A stretch of DNA of 64,000 nucleotides from an uncultured delta proteobacterium (GTDB lineage: Bacteria; Myxococcota_A; Polyangia; Polyangiales; Polyangiaceae). The notes under the pieces are model-generated. The model ran no database searches, was not told the DNA's origin, and saw only the letters and a program-made list of their open reading frames with translations. The stretch covers positions 416,001 to 480,000 of the forward strand of contig CAVQUB010000015.1 of assembly GCA_963716725.1 (NCBI GenBank). The letters are read 5' to 3'. Numbering within the stretch: the first letter of the stretch is position 1; every line of letters begins with the position of its first letter. A program made the position numbers and the translations under genes. Below, piece after piece: positions 1 through 10,014 of this stretch.

Positions 1-70
1 TTCGTGCGTGCCGTGGCTGTTCTCGGCACGAAGTTGACGGTCGCCATTTGCGCGTCGCGGTCGCCGCGGC

Positions 71-685
71 ATGCACCGGACCATGACACAGCCGGCCGCG
101 GACGCCCCGAACTGGGACGCCATCACCCCCACCGTCCTCCAGGCGTGGAAGGAGACCGAGCGGCGCGGGGCGCAGCTCTTGTTCGTGATCCCGTTCTTCG
201 GGCTGCCCCTGCTCGCAGCTGCCTACTTCGCCATCCCCGCGTCGGCGGTTCCGGCCCTCGTGGTCCTCGGCATGCTGGTGCTTTCACTCGCGTACGTGGG
301 CGTCGGCCGCCGACGCCTGCTGACCCAGAACGTCCTCTGGATCCGAGGCGGAATCGTCGACAAGAGAATTCACCAGAGCACCGAGTCGAGCGCGCGCCAG
401 GTCGGTCGACGCCACTACCTGACGCTCGAACCTCGCGAAGCTCGGGCCCTGACCCGCAGTGGCCAGTTCGTCGTCGCCGAGGCGCCTCGCGGCGAGCGAG
501 CCACGACGACGGAGATCTACGATCGCGTCGGCGTTGGGGACGAGGTGTGGGCTGCCGTGATGCCCCACGACCGGGCCATCTACTTCGTCGTCGCCGCCGA
601 CGGCGTCTTGGTGGGCGGCGACGGTGCCGCCGCTGACGCGGAGCCCGCGTCGCCGCAGGACAGTCCCAAGCCCCCGGCCACTTGA
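71..685 (+). CDS. hypothetical membrane protein (two N-terminal TM helices)
   Basis: 204-aa ORF with hydrophobic segments LLFVIPFFGLPLLAAAYF and ALVVLGMLVLSLAYVGV; start may be ATG at 83. Confidence 0.7.
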   Translation: MHRTMTQPAADAPNWDAITPTVLQAWKETERRGAQLLFVIPFFGLPLLAAAYFAIPASAVPALVVLGMLVLSLAYVGVGRRRLLTQNVLWIRGGIVDKRIHQSTESSARQVGRRHYLTLEPREARALTRSGQFVVAEAPRGERATTTEIYDRVGVGDEVWAAVMPHDRAIYFVVAADGVLVGGDGAAADAEPASPQDSPKPPAT

Positions 686-811
686 AGTGGCTCGCCGCCA
701 CTCGAGCCGAAGGAGGGAAGCCTTGAAGGCAGCTCATGGCGCTCCTGCTCGGAGCCGCCCGGCCTGCTGGTCCAGCAGTCGCGGTCGCAGTCGCGGTCGC
801 GGTCGCAAGCG

Positions 812-2077
812 TCACGGCACGCAGTCGAGCCGGGCCATGTACACACGGTACTGCCCCCCCACGTTCTCAGACCAGGTCGCGACCACACCTTCGCCGTCGG
901 GCGGGCCGTACAGTGCCGTGGGCGACATGCTGTTGCCGGAGACCAGGGTGGCTTCCGCGGTCTTGGTCAGCGACTCGTCCCAGATCGACACCACCAAGTT
1001 GGGCCCGTCGCGCTGGGCGACTGCGAGCTTGTCGCCGACCGCGCCGGCGGTGAACGATGTGTTCCCGGCGCTTGCCGCCACGATCTCGACGGGGCCGACC
1101 GTCAGGCCGGTGTTCCGCTCCACCCGTGCAGCGAATACGCGGGCTCCGGTCACTACGGAGCGGCTCCAGACGGCGTAGAGCCCCGCTGGATGCGGCGCCG
1201 CGTGGACGTCGATGATGGTGTCGCCGGTGCTGAAGCCAACCAATGCGGCGTGGGGCCCGCCGGGATTCACCTCGAGCACCGTGAGTTCGGTGGGCGCGCC
1301 GCTCGAGCTCGTCTCGCAGCCCGCGGCGAGAGGGCTGCGTGAGATCGCCACCAGCCAGTGATCTTGGAAGGGCACCGCCGCTGCGCGCAGCGGTTGTCCG
1401 TTCGCGCAACCCAGCGGCTCGAGCTCGGTGGGCGTGCCCGCCGCGTCGACGAAGGTGGCGCGCACCACTTGACTCTTCGCCATCACGTCGAAGGTACCGA
1501 CCAGGTGCGCTTCGGGTCCCGTGAGCCGGCGCGACACGAACACCGGCTCGATGCCGGGCAGGGGGATCTGCGCTGGCGGCGTGCCTCCTTGTTCGGCGGC
1601 GAGCCCGCGAATGAACCGCGGGTCAGCGACCGCGCGTACGACCGCTGCCCACTCGCTGGAGCCCGAGCGTCCGACCTCGAAGCGGGAGGTCGACTCGATG
1701 CCGGGTGCGTGCATTGGCCCGAGCGCGGAGTCCTGAGGCCAGTCGTCCCAGGGCCTCAGGGTCGTGTGGCGGAGCGCGAACGTGCCTGCCGCATCCTTGC
1801 GAGCGAAGACGGCGGTGATCCGACGTCCGTCGTCGCTGGTGGGCGTGACCTGCAAGAGGTCATCCTGGCCGCTGGGGGGGACGTCTTTCGGACTCAGGAC
1901 CGTGCCGAGGGGCAGGAGGCCGAGGCACGGAGCCGTGTTCACTCCGCCACCGGTCGATGAGCCACCGGCGCCGTCGGCACTGGGGGCGAACATCCCCAAT
2001 CTCGAGCCGCAACCCAGAGCCAGGAGGCCGAGGAGTAGGTAGCGACCCAGCGATGGGAGCGTGGGCTCGCTCGACAT
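812..2077 (-). CDS. hypothetical lipoprotein, beta-rich
   Basis: signal peptide/lipobox LLLGLLALGC, Gly/Ser linker, beta-strand-rich body. Confidence 0.75.
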   Translation of the reverse strand: MSSEPTLPSLGRYLLLGLLALGCGSRLGMFAPSADGAGGSSTGGGVNTAPCLGLLPLGTVLSPKDVPPSGQDDLLQVTPTSDDGRRITAVFARKDAAGTFALRHTTLRPWDDWPQDSALGPMHAPGIESTSRFEVGRSGSSEWAAVVRAVADPRFIRGLAAEQGGTPPAQIPLPGIEPVFVSRRLTGPEAHLVGTFDVMAKSQVVRATFVDAAGTPTELEPLGCANGQPLRAAAVPFQDHWLVAISRSPLAAGCETSSSGAPTELTVLEVNPGGPHAALVGFSTGDTIIDVHAAPHPAGLYAVWSRSVVTGARVFAARVERNTGLTVGPVEIVAASAGNTSFTAGAVGDKLAVAQRDGPNLVVSIWDESLTKTAEATLVSGNSMSPTALYGPPDGEGVVATWSENVGGQYRVYMARLDCVP

Positions 2078-2133
2078 GAGAGCAGGCTAACACATCGAGC
2101 GTGTTGGCTCGCCGCTCACGGCGTGTGCGAGGC

Positions 2134-2836
2134 CTACTTCGCGCGCGTTGCGACCACCTTCACACTGCAACCTCCCATGGAGAAGCCGTCGCCAGCGAAG
2201 CTGTAGGTGCCCGTGGCCGTGTCTCCGCTGATGTCGAGCTTCAGAATCGCGAGACTCCGAGCCCGTCTCGTACTGGTCGTACTCGTAGTAGTCGTGGAGG
2301 TGGAGTTTGCACCCATCTGCGGAGACGCTGGCGTCCCACTCCGACTTCAGTGATCCATTTGGACCTGGAAGCACGCTGACCTTCGAGGGGGGCCCGTTGG
2401 TGCCACACCACTCGTCGGGACCGGCGGGCTCGGCATCGATTGACCACGTGCCCAGCGGGTTGCAGCTCGAGCCCGAAGTGCAGGTGCCCGTGTCCGACTC
2501 GGACCAAGTTCCGCCGCTGCACTCGACCTCGGTCGGGGTGAAGCCGCAGGCGTCCGAGTAGTCCGCGTAGCTGCACGTCATCGCGTTGGTGCAGGGCGTG
2601 CCGACGGCGGGAGGGCTCTCGGGGCAGGCCGGCTTCGGGGTGGGGGTGGGTTTCGGCGTTGGCTTCGCGGGCATGTCGACTGGGTCCTTCGGGGGTTCCG
2701 GTGCGACCTCCAGCTCGTCGCAGCCCGCCCCGGGCGCCGGGCCCGGATCGGCGCAGCGATCGTCGTTCGTTCGTCCCGCACAACCTGCGGCCGCCGCCCC
2801 GAGAAACACCGCGAGAACCCAGAACCCTCGTCGCAT
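2134..2836 (-). CDS. Cys-rich lipoprotein, +1 frameshift near 2245 (probable sequencing error)
   Basis: MRRGFWVLAVFLGAAAAGC lipobox; CPxxxPxxGxxC motif; removing one base at ~2245 joins ...GSESR to LKLDISGDTATGTYSF...RAK*. Confidence 0.7.
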
Positions 2837-2848
2837 GGCCAAGGTGAT

Positions 2849-2864
2849 TGCAACGGTCGTGCCT
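2849..2864 (-). promoter_or_regulatory. sigma-54 (-24/-12) promoter
   Basis: minus strand AGGCACGACCGTTGCA = GG-N10-GC with GCAC and TTGCA, just upstream of the lipoprotein ATG at 2836. Confidence 0.65.
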
Positions 2865-2901
2865 CGCGGGCTGGCGCACTTTGGCACTATCTTCACCGGT
2901 C

Positions 2902-3726
2902 ATGGCGAGCTTCGAAGACGTGATGCCGACGGCTGCCGATCTGGACCTGGCGCTCCTTGGACGCAGCGTGGCCACGACGGACCGAGCCGTGGCCATCTTG
3001 GTCAGCGGTCGCGCGGTGCAGCGCTCGAGTTGGAGCGACGAGGTGGAGGTGAGTGAGACCGATTTCGATCGGCTGCTCACCGAGAAGCCACCGCCGCCCG
3101 ACGTCGACGACTTGAACGGTGCCAAGTTCCGCACCCTCGATCCGAAGTCACGCGCTGCGCAGCGCCGGCGGTGCAGCGCCTGTCAGTTCGCCCTCCAGAA
3201 CAATCGCTGCCTGCGTTGCAGCGGCACAGGTCGAGTGGCGACCAGCGGGAACGAGACCGAAAAGTGCTCGGCGTGTGACGATGGCGTCGCGCGTCCGTGC
3301 GCGGTCTGCGGCGGGACGCGTCGCTCGGTCACCGTGAAGATCGTGTTCGGCGAGGACGTCGTGCGCCACTTCGCTCACATCTTCTTGCCCGAGCTGCCGG
3401 CGCCCATGCAGGAGCCGCTGAGCCGGTTCTTCAAGTCGCGAGGGGCGGTGCCGGACGTGCTGAGCATCGATCTCGCGGACGATTTCGCCGCAGCGGACGC
3501 CTACCGCGGCCGTCGCTCGCGGGCGGAGGTGAGGGGACACCGCGCCGACTCGGCGCTGGCCCTTGCACGCACCTACGCGGAGCGCGTGACGCGCCTGCCG
3601 ACCATGGCGGCGGTGCGGGTGGCAGCCTTCGCCTGGCCCCTGGTGATCGGAAGCTACGCGGGCGACGTCGATCCCGCGTTCGTCGTGGTCAAGGACGAGC
3701 TCGGCAGCGTTTGTTTGCTGCCCTGA
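2902..3726 (+). CDS. protein with DnaJ-type CxxCxGxG zinc-finger repeats
   Basis: CSAC, CLRCSGTG, CSACDDG, CAVCGGT motifs; no J domain/HPD. Confidence 0.7.
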   Translation: MASFEDVMPTAADLDLALLGRSVATTDRAVAILVSGRAVQRSSWSDEVEVSETDFDRLLTEKPPPPDVDDLNGAKFRTLDPKSRAAQRRRCSACQFALQNNRCLRCSGTGRVATSGNETEKCSACDDGVARPCAVCGGTRRSVTVKIVFGEDVVRHFAHIFLPELPAPMQEPLSRFFKSRGAVPDVLSIDLADDFAAADAYRGRRSRAEVRGHRADSALALARTYAERVTRLPTMAAVRVAAFAWPLVIGSYAGDVDPAFVVVKDELGSVCLLP

Positions 3727-3733
3727 GCGGGCC

Positions 3734-5392
3734 TCAGGGCATCGGCTGGGAGCGGTTCGTCGGCCCGCCGTACATCGTCGGCCACCCCGCCTCGAAGCCG
3801 ATGCGATCGACGAGCACGAGTCGGCCCGGAGCTTGCCCCGCCTTGCCGCCGAGCCACGAGTGGTAGACGTGGACCCAGTCGCCCTTGGGTGATCGCACCA
3901 CCGAGCCGTGACCGGGGCCCGCCCAGCCGGGCTTGCTCACCACGATCGGCGCGCCGTGCTTGGTGAAGGGCCCCGTCGGCGAGACCGAACGCGCCACGCC
4001 CACCGAGTAGCTCGGGCTCGCGTAGCCGCTGCCGCTGTAGAACAAATAGTAGTAGCTGCCTTCGTGGATCATCCACTGGCCTTCGACGAGGCCGCCCTCC
4101 CAACCCAGGGTGTTGGTCAGGATGGTGGTCGCGCTGCCGGTGCGCGAGAGGCCGTCGGCGGCCAAGGGCTGGATCCGGATCGGCGTCGATTTGCCCACCG
4201 CGTTGCCGTCGACCTTCCACAGCACGTAGTGCGTGCCGCTCGGGGCCTTGAAGTAGTGGGCGTCGATCACGCCAGGTGTCGGATCTTCGACCAGCGGCTT
4301 GCCGATGTCTTGATAGGGGCCAAGCGCGCTGTTCGACCACGCCGCGCCCACCGCGAAGGCGTTGTTCTTCGACGCGCGTGCGCTGAAGTACACCACGTAT
4401 TTGCCGGCGACCTTGTGCATCTCGGGCGCCCAGAAATCGCCCGAGGCCCATTTGGGCTTGGTGCTCGAGTCGAAGACGGTGCCTTCCAGCTTCCAACTCA
4501 CGAGATCGGACGACGATCGAATGGGGTAGCCCGGTCCGCCCGAGGTGCAGACCATGTAGTACTTGGATCCGTCCTTCAGCACGCCGGGATCGGGACAGTT
4601 GGCGTTCACGACGGGGTTGGCGAAGAGCCCGCCGCACTGCGTGTGTCGAAACGCGAGGTCGCAGGAACTCGAGCCTTGAAAGTGAGGCCCCCAGCCGTTG
4701 CTGAGGCGGGCCGACGAGTCCGAGCCCGCGGCGCTGCACACGCCGTCCCAGGTCACGACGCCTGAGACGTCGTCGTGCTTGGCCGGATGGTTGGGCGCCG
4801 CGAGCCACTTGGGTCCGTAGGAAATCCGCGTGGCGCAAGCGCCGGGCGCGGGGCTGCAGGCGCCGCTCGAGTCGAGGGCAATCACGCAGCTTCGACCCTG
4901 AAAGACGGGCTTCCAGCCGTTGGAGAGGGTCGCGGACGCGTTGCCGGAAGAGTCGACGGTGCAGCTGCCGTCCCAGGTCACGACGCCCGAGACGTCGTCG
5001 AAGCTGCTGGGATGGTTGGGCGGGTGCAACCACGTGTTGCCGTAGGTGATGCGGGTCGTGCACGGCTTCGGCGTCGTGCCTCCGCTGCCGCCGCTGCCTC
5101 CTGACGAAGCGCCTCCGCTGCCGCCGCTGCCTCCTGACGAAGCGCCTCCGCTGCCGCCAGACGGTGAGCCTGCGCTGCCGCCCGTCGAGCCGCCGCCGGA
5201 CGAGCCGCCGGAGCCGGAGCTGCCGCCACCGCCCGCCCCGCCGCCGGACGAGCCGCCGGAGCCGGAGCTGCCGCCACCGCCCGCCCCGCCGCCGGACGAG
5301 CCGCCGCCGTTCGAGGGGGACGAGTCAGCGTCGTCGCTTTGCCCGCACCCCGCGAGGGCGAGCGCGACGCAGATCGAGAGCTCGAGGCGCAC
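3734..5392 (-). CDS. GH43 glycoside hydrolase lipoprotein with duplicated N-terminal module
   Basis: lipobox LALAGC; Gly/Ser linker; GH43 motifs NPV..PDP, FWAPE, VIDA, LVEG, GPGHGS. Confidence 0.85.
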   Translation of the reverse strand: MRLELSICVALALAGCGQSDDADSSPSNGGGSSGGGAGGGGSSGSGGSSGGGAGGGGSSGSGGSSGGGSTGGSAGSPSGGSGGASSGGSGGSGGASSGGSGGSGGTTPKPCTTRITYGNTWLHPPNHPSSFDDVSGVVTWDGSCTVDSSGNASATLSNGWKPVFQGRSCVIALDSSGACSPAPGACATRISYGPKWLAAPNHPAKHDDVSGVVTWDGVCSAAGSDSSARLSNGWGPHFQGSSSCDLAFRHTQCGGLFANPVVNANCPDPGVLKDGSKYYMVCTSGGPGYPIRSSSDLVSWKLEGTVFDSSTKPKWASGDFWAPEMHKVAGKYVVYFSARASKNNAFAVGAAWSNSALGPYQDIGKPLVEDPTPGVIDAHYFKAPSGTHYVLWKVDGNAVGKSTPIRIQPLAADGLSRTGSATTILTNTLGWEGGLVEGQWMIHEGSYYYLFYSGSGYASPSYSVGVARSVSPTGPFTKHGAPIVVSKPGWAGPGHGSVVRSPKGDWVHVYHSWLGGKAGQAPGRLVLVDRIGFEAGWPTMYGGPTNRSQPMP

Positions 5393-5411
5393 GATCCGGA
5401 GCCTATCACGG

Positions 5412-7646
5412 CTATGGGTTGGATGACGCGGCCGCCGCGCCGATCCCCAGAGAGCTGCGGACCTTGGCGCAGCGCGCCGAGACCGAGAATGGGATCAAAT
5501 CGCGGATCCGATCCGCGGCGCTGAGTCCTCCGACCACGCGTCCATCCACGGCCAACATGCGGGCGGCCGCGGTGATGTCGCCGCAGACCAGGAGTCCGGC
5601 GCGGCACGACGCTAGCTCGATGGCTCGGATCCAGGGCTTGAGGTCGAGTCGACCGCCACGGGCCTGCAGCGCCTCCACGACGCGCTCGAGCTCGGCGCGA
5701 TGCGCGGGATCGATGCGGGCCTGCAGCCCATCGCGCAGCTGCAGGACATCGGAGGGCAGGCTCGAAGGCAGGACCTGCGCGACGCCCGCCACGAGCACCG
5801 ATCGGAGCTCGGGCATGGTCGGGTAGAACGTGACGAGGCGGCGGGTGAGGTGCTGACACGCGAGCTCGCGCCCGATGGCGAACGCGAGCTCGGGAACCGA
5901 GCGTCCGGTGAGCATCGACTTGCCGAGCAAGAGCGCAGGCTCAGGCAAGGGCAAATGCGCGATGCCGCCCGGCAGGTCCTCGGTCTTCGCGTACACATCG
6001 GGGACCGGGATGCCGAGCACCGCGCAGGCCCAGGCCACGGTACGCACGGCGGTCAGGGTCGTCTTGTCTGGATCGTGGCGCTCGGCCGAGCTGAGATCCG
6101 GCATGCGTCGGCTAGCGCGCAGCTGCTCGATTCGCAGTGCCGTCGCGGCCGGCGCTACCGCGTGCACGATGCGCGAGACGACCTCATCGTGCTCCGGCGC
6201 GTAGATCTCGGCCCAAGCCCCAGCGTCGAGGGGGGCTCGGGGGCGGGGAGTCGTCTCCGGCGCAAAGCGACGGTAGATCTCCTGTTCCTCGACGTCGGCT
6301 TCGCCGAGGTGGACGAGCACCGCGCAGGCGCAGTAGCCGCGGTCCACGTCGCCCAGGCGGTCGCAGACGCGACGCAGATCCCGAAACGTCTCGGGCCGAG
6401 TCGGGCCCCACTCGGCGGCGGTCTCGAGGCAGCGTGCGGCGAGCTCGACCTCGTTGGTGCGCTCGAGCAACGACGCCAACCGCACGCGTGCTTCGACGTT
6501 CGACGGCGCGAGTACCACCAGCTGATCGAGGGCGACGATGGCGCCCCGCATGTCGTACAGGCGGTCGGCGCGCAGGGTGGCCAGCCGATCGAGCAGGCCG
6601 GTGGCGGCGGCCGTCTCGCCGCGCTCCACCAGGCGCTCGAGCTGCCGGGTGGTGGCGCGATCGATGCCCCCGAAGTCCTCGTTTCTCAGCAGAACGGCTT
6701 CGATGGCCTCGAAGGCGCCGGGCGCCGAGGGATCGTCAGCGATGGCGGCTTCGTAGAGCGCGACGGCGCGGGGCACGTCGTTGGTGCGCCGAGCGCACAT
6801 GCCCGCGGCGGCCGTCATGGCCCGGGCCCGATCGCGCGGATTCTCGATGGTCTCGGACAGCGCCACTTTCGCGTCTACCGCGTCGCGCCAGCGACCAGCT
6901 GCCTCGAGGGCAGCTTGCAGCCGCTCGAGCAGGCGAGGATCACGTGGTCGGAGCGTGAGCGCTTGCTCGAGCGCTTCGATGGTGGCGGTCAGCGAGTCGT
7001 CCGCGATGGACGAGAGCAGATCCGCGCGTTCGGTGGCAGTCTCGACGTGACCGAGCAGGCGTCGTCCGAGGGCGGCAGAGACGGCGGCCTCGTGGGAGGC
7101 CCGCGCCAGATCGATGCGTCGACGGAGCCCCGCCTGATGGTCTGGAAAGATCGCCAGTGCTCGATCCAGGAGCGCCGACGCGGCTGCGTCCGACCCGCGC
7201 GCGGTCTCGATCTTTGCCAGGCACACCAACACCTCGGCGCGTCGCGGCCCGTGCTCCCAAGCGAGCAGCGAGTCGGCCGTGGCGTAGGCGCGGTGGGCGC
7301 GCTCCCAGTCGCCCCGATCGAAGTGCTGCGCCCCTTCGGCGATGGCGCCTTCGATGGCCGGATCTTCCACGGGCTCGATGCGGCGCACGCGTCTCGCGAG
7401 CTCCAGCGCGTCCCAGTCCCGAGCGTCGCAGCGCCCGCTTCCCGCGCGGGCAAGCACCACGAAGCCGCCTTCGCCTGGCTCGTGCTGCCCGAGCGCCTCA
7501 GCGAGTGCGCGAGTCAAGGGGTCGACTCCGGGCAGGGTCACGAGCGCTGCGCTGCCTGCGTCAACGGCTTCGCGCAGCCAGGCCGCGGGGCTGGTCTTGT
7601 AGATCGGCGGATCGAGGACGACGACGATGCGCATTGGGGAGCTCAC
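5412..7646 (-). CDS. large TPR-repeat protein
   Basis: many TPR-like helices; C-terminal region typical of myxobacterial TPR proteins (RAGLLVCGDITAA); GTGA overlap with upstream gene. Confidence 0.8.
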   Translation of the reverse strand: MSSPMRIVVVLDPPIYKTSPAAWLREAVDAGSAALVTLPGVDPLTRALAEALGQHEPGEGGFVVLARAGSGRCDARDWDALELARRVRRIEPVEDPAIEGAIAEGAQHFDRGDWERAHRAYATADSLLAWEHGPRRAEVLVCLAKIETARGSDAAASALLDRALAIFPDHQAGLRRRIDLARASHEAAVSAALGRRLLGHVETATERADLLSSIADDSLTATIEALEQALTLRPRDPRLLERLQAALEAAGRWRDAVDAKVALSETIENPRDRARAMTAAAGMCARRTNDVPRAVALYEAAIADDPSAPGAFEAIEAVLLRNEDFGGIDRATTRQLERLVERGETAAATGLLDRLATLRADRLYDMRGAIVALDQLVVLAPSNVEARVRLASLLERTNEVELAARCLETAAEWGPTRPETFRDLRRVCDRLGDVDRGYCACAVLVHLGEADVEEQEIYRRFAPETTPRPRAPLDAGAWAEIYAPEHDEVVSRIVHAVAPAATALRIEQLRASRRMPDLSSAERHDPDKTTLTAVRTVAWACAVLGIPVPDVYAKTEDLPGGIAHLPLPEPALLLGKSMLTGRSVPELAFAIGRELACQHLTRRLVTFYPTMPELRSVLVAGVAQVLPSSLPSDVLQLRDGLQARIDPAHRAELERVVEALQARGGRLDLKPWIRAIELASCRAGLLVCGDITAAARMLAVDGRVVGGLSAADRIRDLIPFSVSARCAKVRSSLGIGAAAASSNP

Positions 7647-9229
7647 TCGCGGAAGAGTACCGCGTACTCATCGCGACGAAACTCCCGGGCCAGGCTGGCG
7701 ACGGAACGGACGTAGTGATCGGGGCGTTCAGTGAAAAAACCGCCGTGATCGAGCTCGAAAATGAAGTTTACCGCGTCCCCGCGCCGCGCTGCGGCCACCG
7801 CCTTGGGGTAGCGACGCATCAGCATGTCGACGTAGTCGAGGGCTCCGTGCTCCGGAGCTTCGTAGCTGCGGAAGCGGGCCCGCACGCGCAGGGTCTTGTC
7901 TTTGGTCTCTTCCCAGGTCCACCAATTCGCGGTGCCACCGTCGGGAGCACGCCCTTTCAGGCCGGCGTAGTTGAAGTCGACCATCCAGCGACCGCGTCCG
8001 GTCTCGAGAGCCCACTGTGCCCAGAGCACGCTGATGACTTCTTCAGTCGCCTGTTCGTTTGTGAGGTGTTCCCACGCCTGAGCCAAGTAGCGCGTGGCGT
8101 TGTTGGCGGACATGGGCGTGGGACGGCGCGGGCGATCGATGCGCTTCGGCTTTGGTGCGGGGCGCTGGCGCGCGGCGCTGGGTCGGAGAGTGGGCGGCGG
8201 CGCTGCGACGGGAGGCGGCGGCGCAACAACCGGAGGCGGCCGCGGCGGTGCGGCGGCGGGAGGCGGAGGCGGCGGCGCAACAACCGGAGGCGGCGGCGGC
8301 GGTGCGGCGGCGGGAGGCGGCGGCGGCGACGCAACAACGCGAGGCGGCGGCGGCGGCGCAACCACCCGAGGCGGCGGCGGCGGGGCTGGCGGCGCAACGG
8401 CCGGAGGCGGCGGCGGCGCAACCACGCGAGGCGGTGGCGGCGCAACCACGCGAGGCGGTGGCGGCGGAGCTGGCGGCGCAACAACCGGAGGCGGCCGCGG
8501 CGCAACAACCGGAGGCGGCGCGGTCCTGGACGGAGGAGGCAGTTTCGCGGCGACTGCGGGGGCCGGCGCCGTCAGTGGCGCGGATTCGGCCGAGCGCGGC
8601 GGCGCGGGAGCAGACGCGAGGGGCGTTGGATCCGAGGGGCGTGCGATGCTGGCAGGCACGACGTCGTCGAGCAGCTGCGGCGGGCGGCGCGCGGCGACGA
8701 TCCCAGGCGTGGGCTCGGTCTGCGCGACCGCGTTGGGGATGGTGAGCGAGGCCGGGATCGTCGCGGGTCGCGCTGCGGCGTGCGGCGGCGGGTCGGGGCG
8801 CGCAGGTGCCCGCTGCAGCTGCGGCTCCGCGGCCTTCGCCGCTGCGAGGGAGGCGCGCGACTTGGGCGCGGGCGCTTGGGCGACCATCGGTGGTTCGGGC
8901 GACGGCCTGGGTGCGCTGCGCGCGATCACCACCAATGCGTGCCGAGCCATGGCCGGGAAGCGAAGACCACGGCGGAGCACCAGCTTGGGCATGGGCTGCG
9001 GCTCGTCCGTCGCCAGGCTCGGGGTGGGTTCGGGGCCGAGCAGCGTGGTGACCCAAGAGGGCTCGGACTTTTTCGCGGCGGACTCGCCACTGCAAGCGTG
9101 CGCAAAGAGCCCGACGCTGAGCGCGCAGACGCCGAGGCTCGGACCCACGTCGACCGCACATGAGCGCACGCGCGCCCAGAATCCAGGACGTCGCGAGGGC
9201 GGGGGCCAGCTCAGGGATCGAACGCGCAC
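7643..9229 (-). CDS. Pro-rich protein with C-terminal GH73/FlgJ-like glucosaminidase domain
   Basis: AQWALETGRG, FNYAGLKG, FRSYEAPEHGALDY motifs; long VVAPPPPP-repeat stalk; start codon uncertain. Confidence 0.75.
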   Translation of the reverse strand: MRVRSLSWPPPSRRPGFWARVRSCAVDVGPSLGVCALSVGLFAHACSGESAAKKSEPSWVTTLLGPEPTPSLATDEPQPMPKLVLRRGLRFPAMARHALVVIARSAPRPSPEPPMVAQAPAPKSRASLAAAKAAEPQLQRAPARPDPPPHAAARPATIPASLTIPNAVAQTEPTPGIVAARRPPQLLDDVVPASIARPSDPTPLASAPAPPRSAESAPLTAPAPAVAAKLPPPSRTAPPPVVAPRPPPVVAPPAPPPPPRVVAPPPPRVVAPPPPPAVAPPAPPPPPRVVAPPPPPRVVASPPPPPAAAPPPPPPVVAPPPPPPAAAPPRPPPVVAPPPPVAAPPPTLRPSAARQRPAPKPKRIDRPRRPTPMSANNATRYLAQAWEHLTNEQATEEVISVLWAQWALETGRGRWMVDFNYAGLKGRAPDGGTANWWTWEETKDKTLRVRARFRSYEAPEHGALDYVDMLMRRYPKAVAAARRGDAVNFIFELDHGGFFTERPDHYVRSVASLAREFRRDEYAVLFRE

Positions 9230-9283
9230 GAGTGTCCGACATTGAACATGGACCGAGTGAGTTCGGCCAAGTCTGCGCGACGC

Positions 9284-9967
9284 TCAACGCGAGCACTGGT
9301 CTGGCGACGTGAAGCGTTCACAGACCCCGTTCTCCCACCACTTGCAGCACACCTTCCGTACTTTTGCGGCGGCAACCGAACGTTGTGCGTCGTCTGCGGC
9401 CCGCTCGCCCAGCGCGATGCAAGCGCCAAGCTCGTTGCGGGACGTGCACCGGTGTTCGAGCAGGGCCCGCGCCCGGTCCCTGCTTGGCTCGACGGCAAAT
9501 GGCGTCGCGCCGGGGGTCTGACAGCTCACCAGAGCAGTGCCGACGACGCAGCCGCGCCCGGCCTCGTAGGCTTCGACCACGGCGGCACATGGGCCCTCGC
9601 TCCTGGCGGCGTCGGGATCGGCGGCGAGGGGACCCTGGACCATGCAGGCGGCGTGGGCCCGCGCCAAGACGTTGGATGCGAGCCATCCGCGGCTGGCCAG
9701 TGCGACGACGTAGTACAAGCCGACCGACGCCGCAGTGACGCCGAGCCCGAGCAAGAGACCGCTCGGCTTCAGTCTCGACTTCCAGAAGTAGATGGGGGCG
9801 ATCAACGGGCCGAGCAACACCGTCGCCAGGGTCGACAGGGCGACGCTCGGTCCTGATTCGCCCGGCGCGCGGCGAGAGCGCATGAAGCGAGCCTCGACCA
9901 GGTACGAGACCGACAGCGCCGAGAACATCACCAGCCACGGGACGACGACTGGAACGAACTCGCGCAC
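9284..9967 (-). CDS. hypothetical membrane protein with Cys-rich (Sel1-like) C-terminus
   Basis: three hydrophobic segments followed by ARALLEHRCTSRNELGACIALG; start uncertain. Confidence 0.6.
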   Translation of the reverse strand: MREFVPVVVPWLVMFSALSVSYLVEARFMRSRRAPGESGPSVALSTLATVLLGPLIAPIYFWKSRLKPSGLLLGLGVTAASVGLYYVVALASRGWLASNVLARAHAACMVQGPLAADPDAARSEGPCAAVVEAYEAGRGCVVGTALVSCQTPGATPFAVEPSRDRARALLEHRCTSRNELGACIALGERAADDAQRSVAAAKVRKVCCKWWENGVCERFTSPDQCSR

Positions 9968-10014
9968 GGGGCGGAGTATGCCGGGCCCCGCGGGGGACGT
10001 GCTAGGACTTTGCC

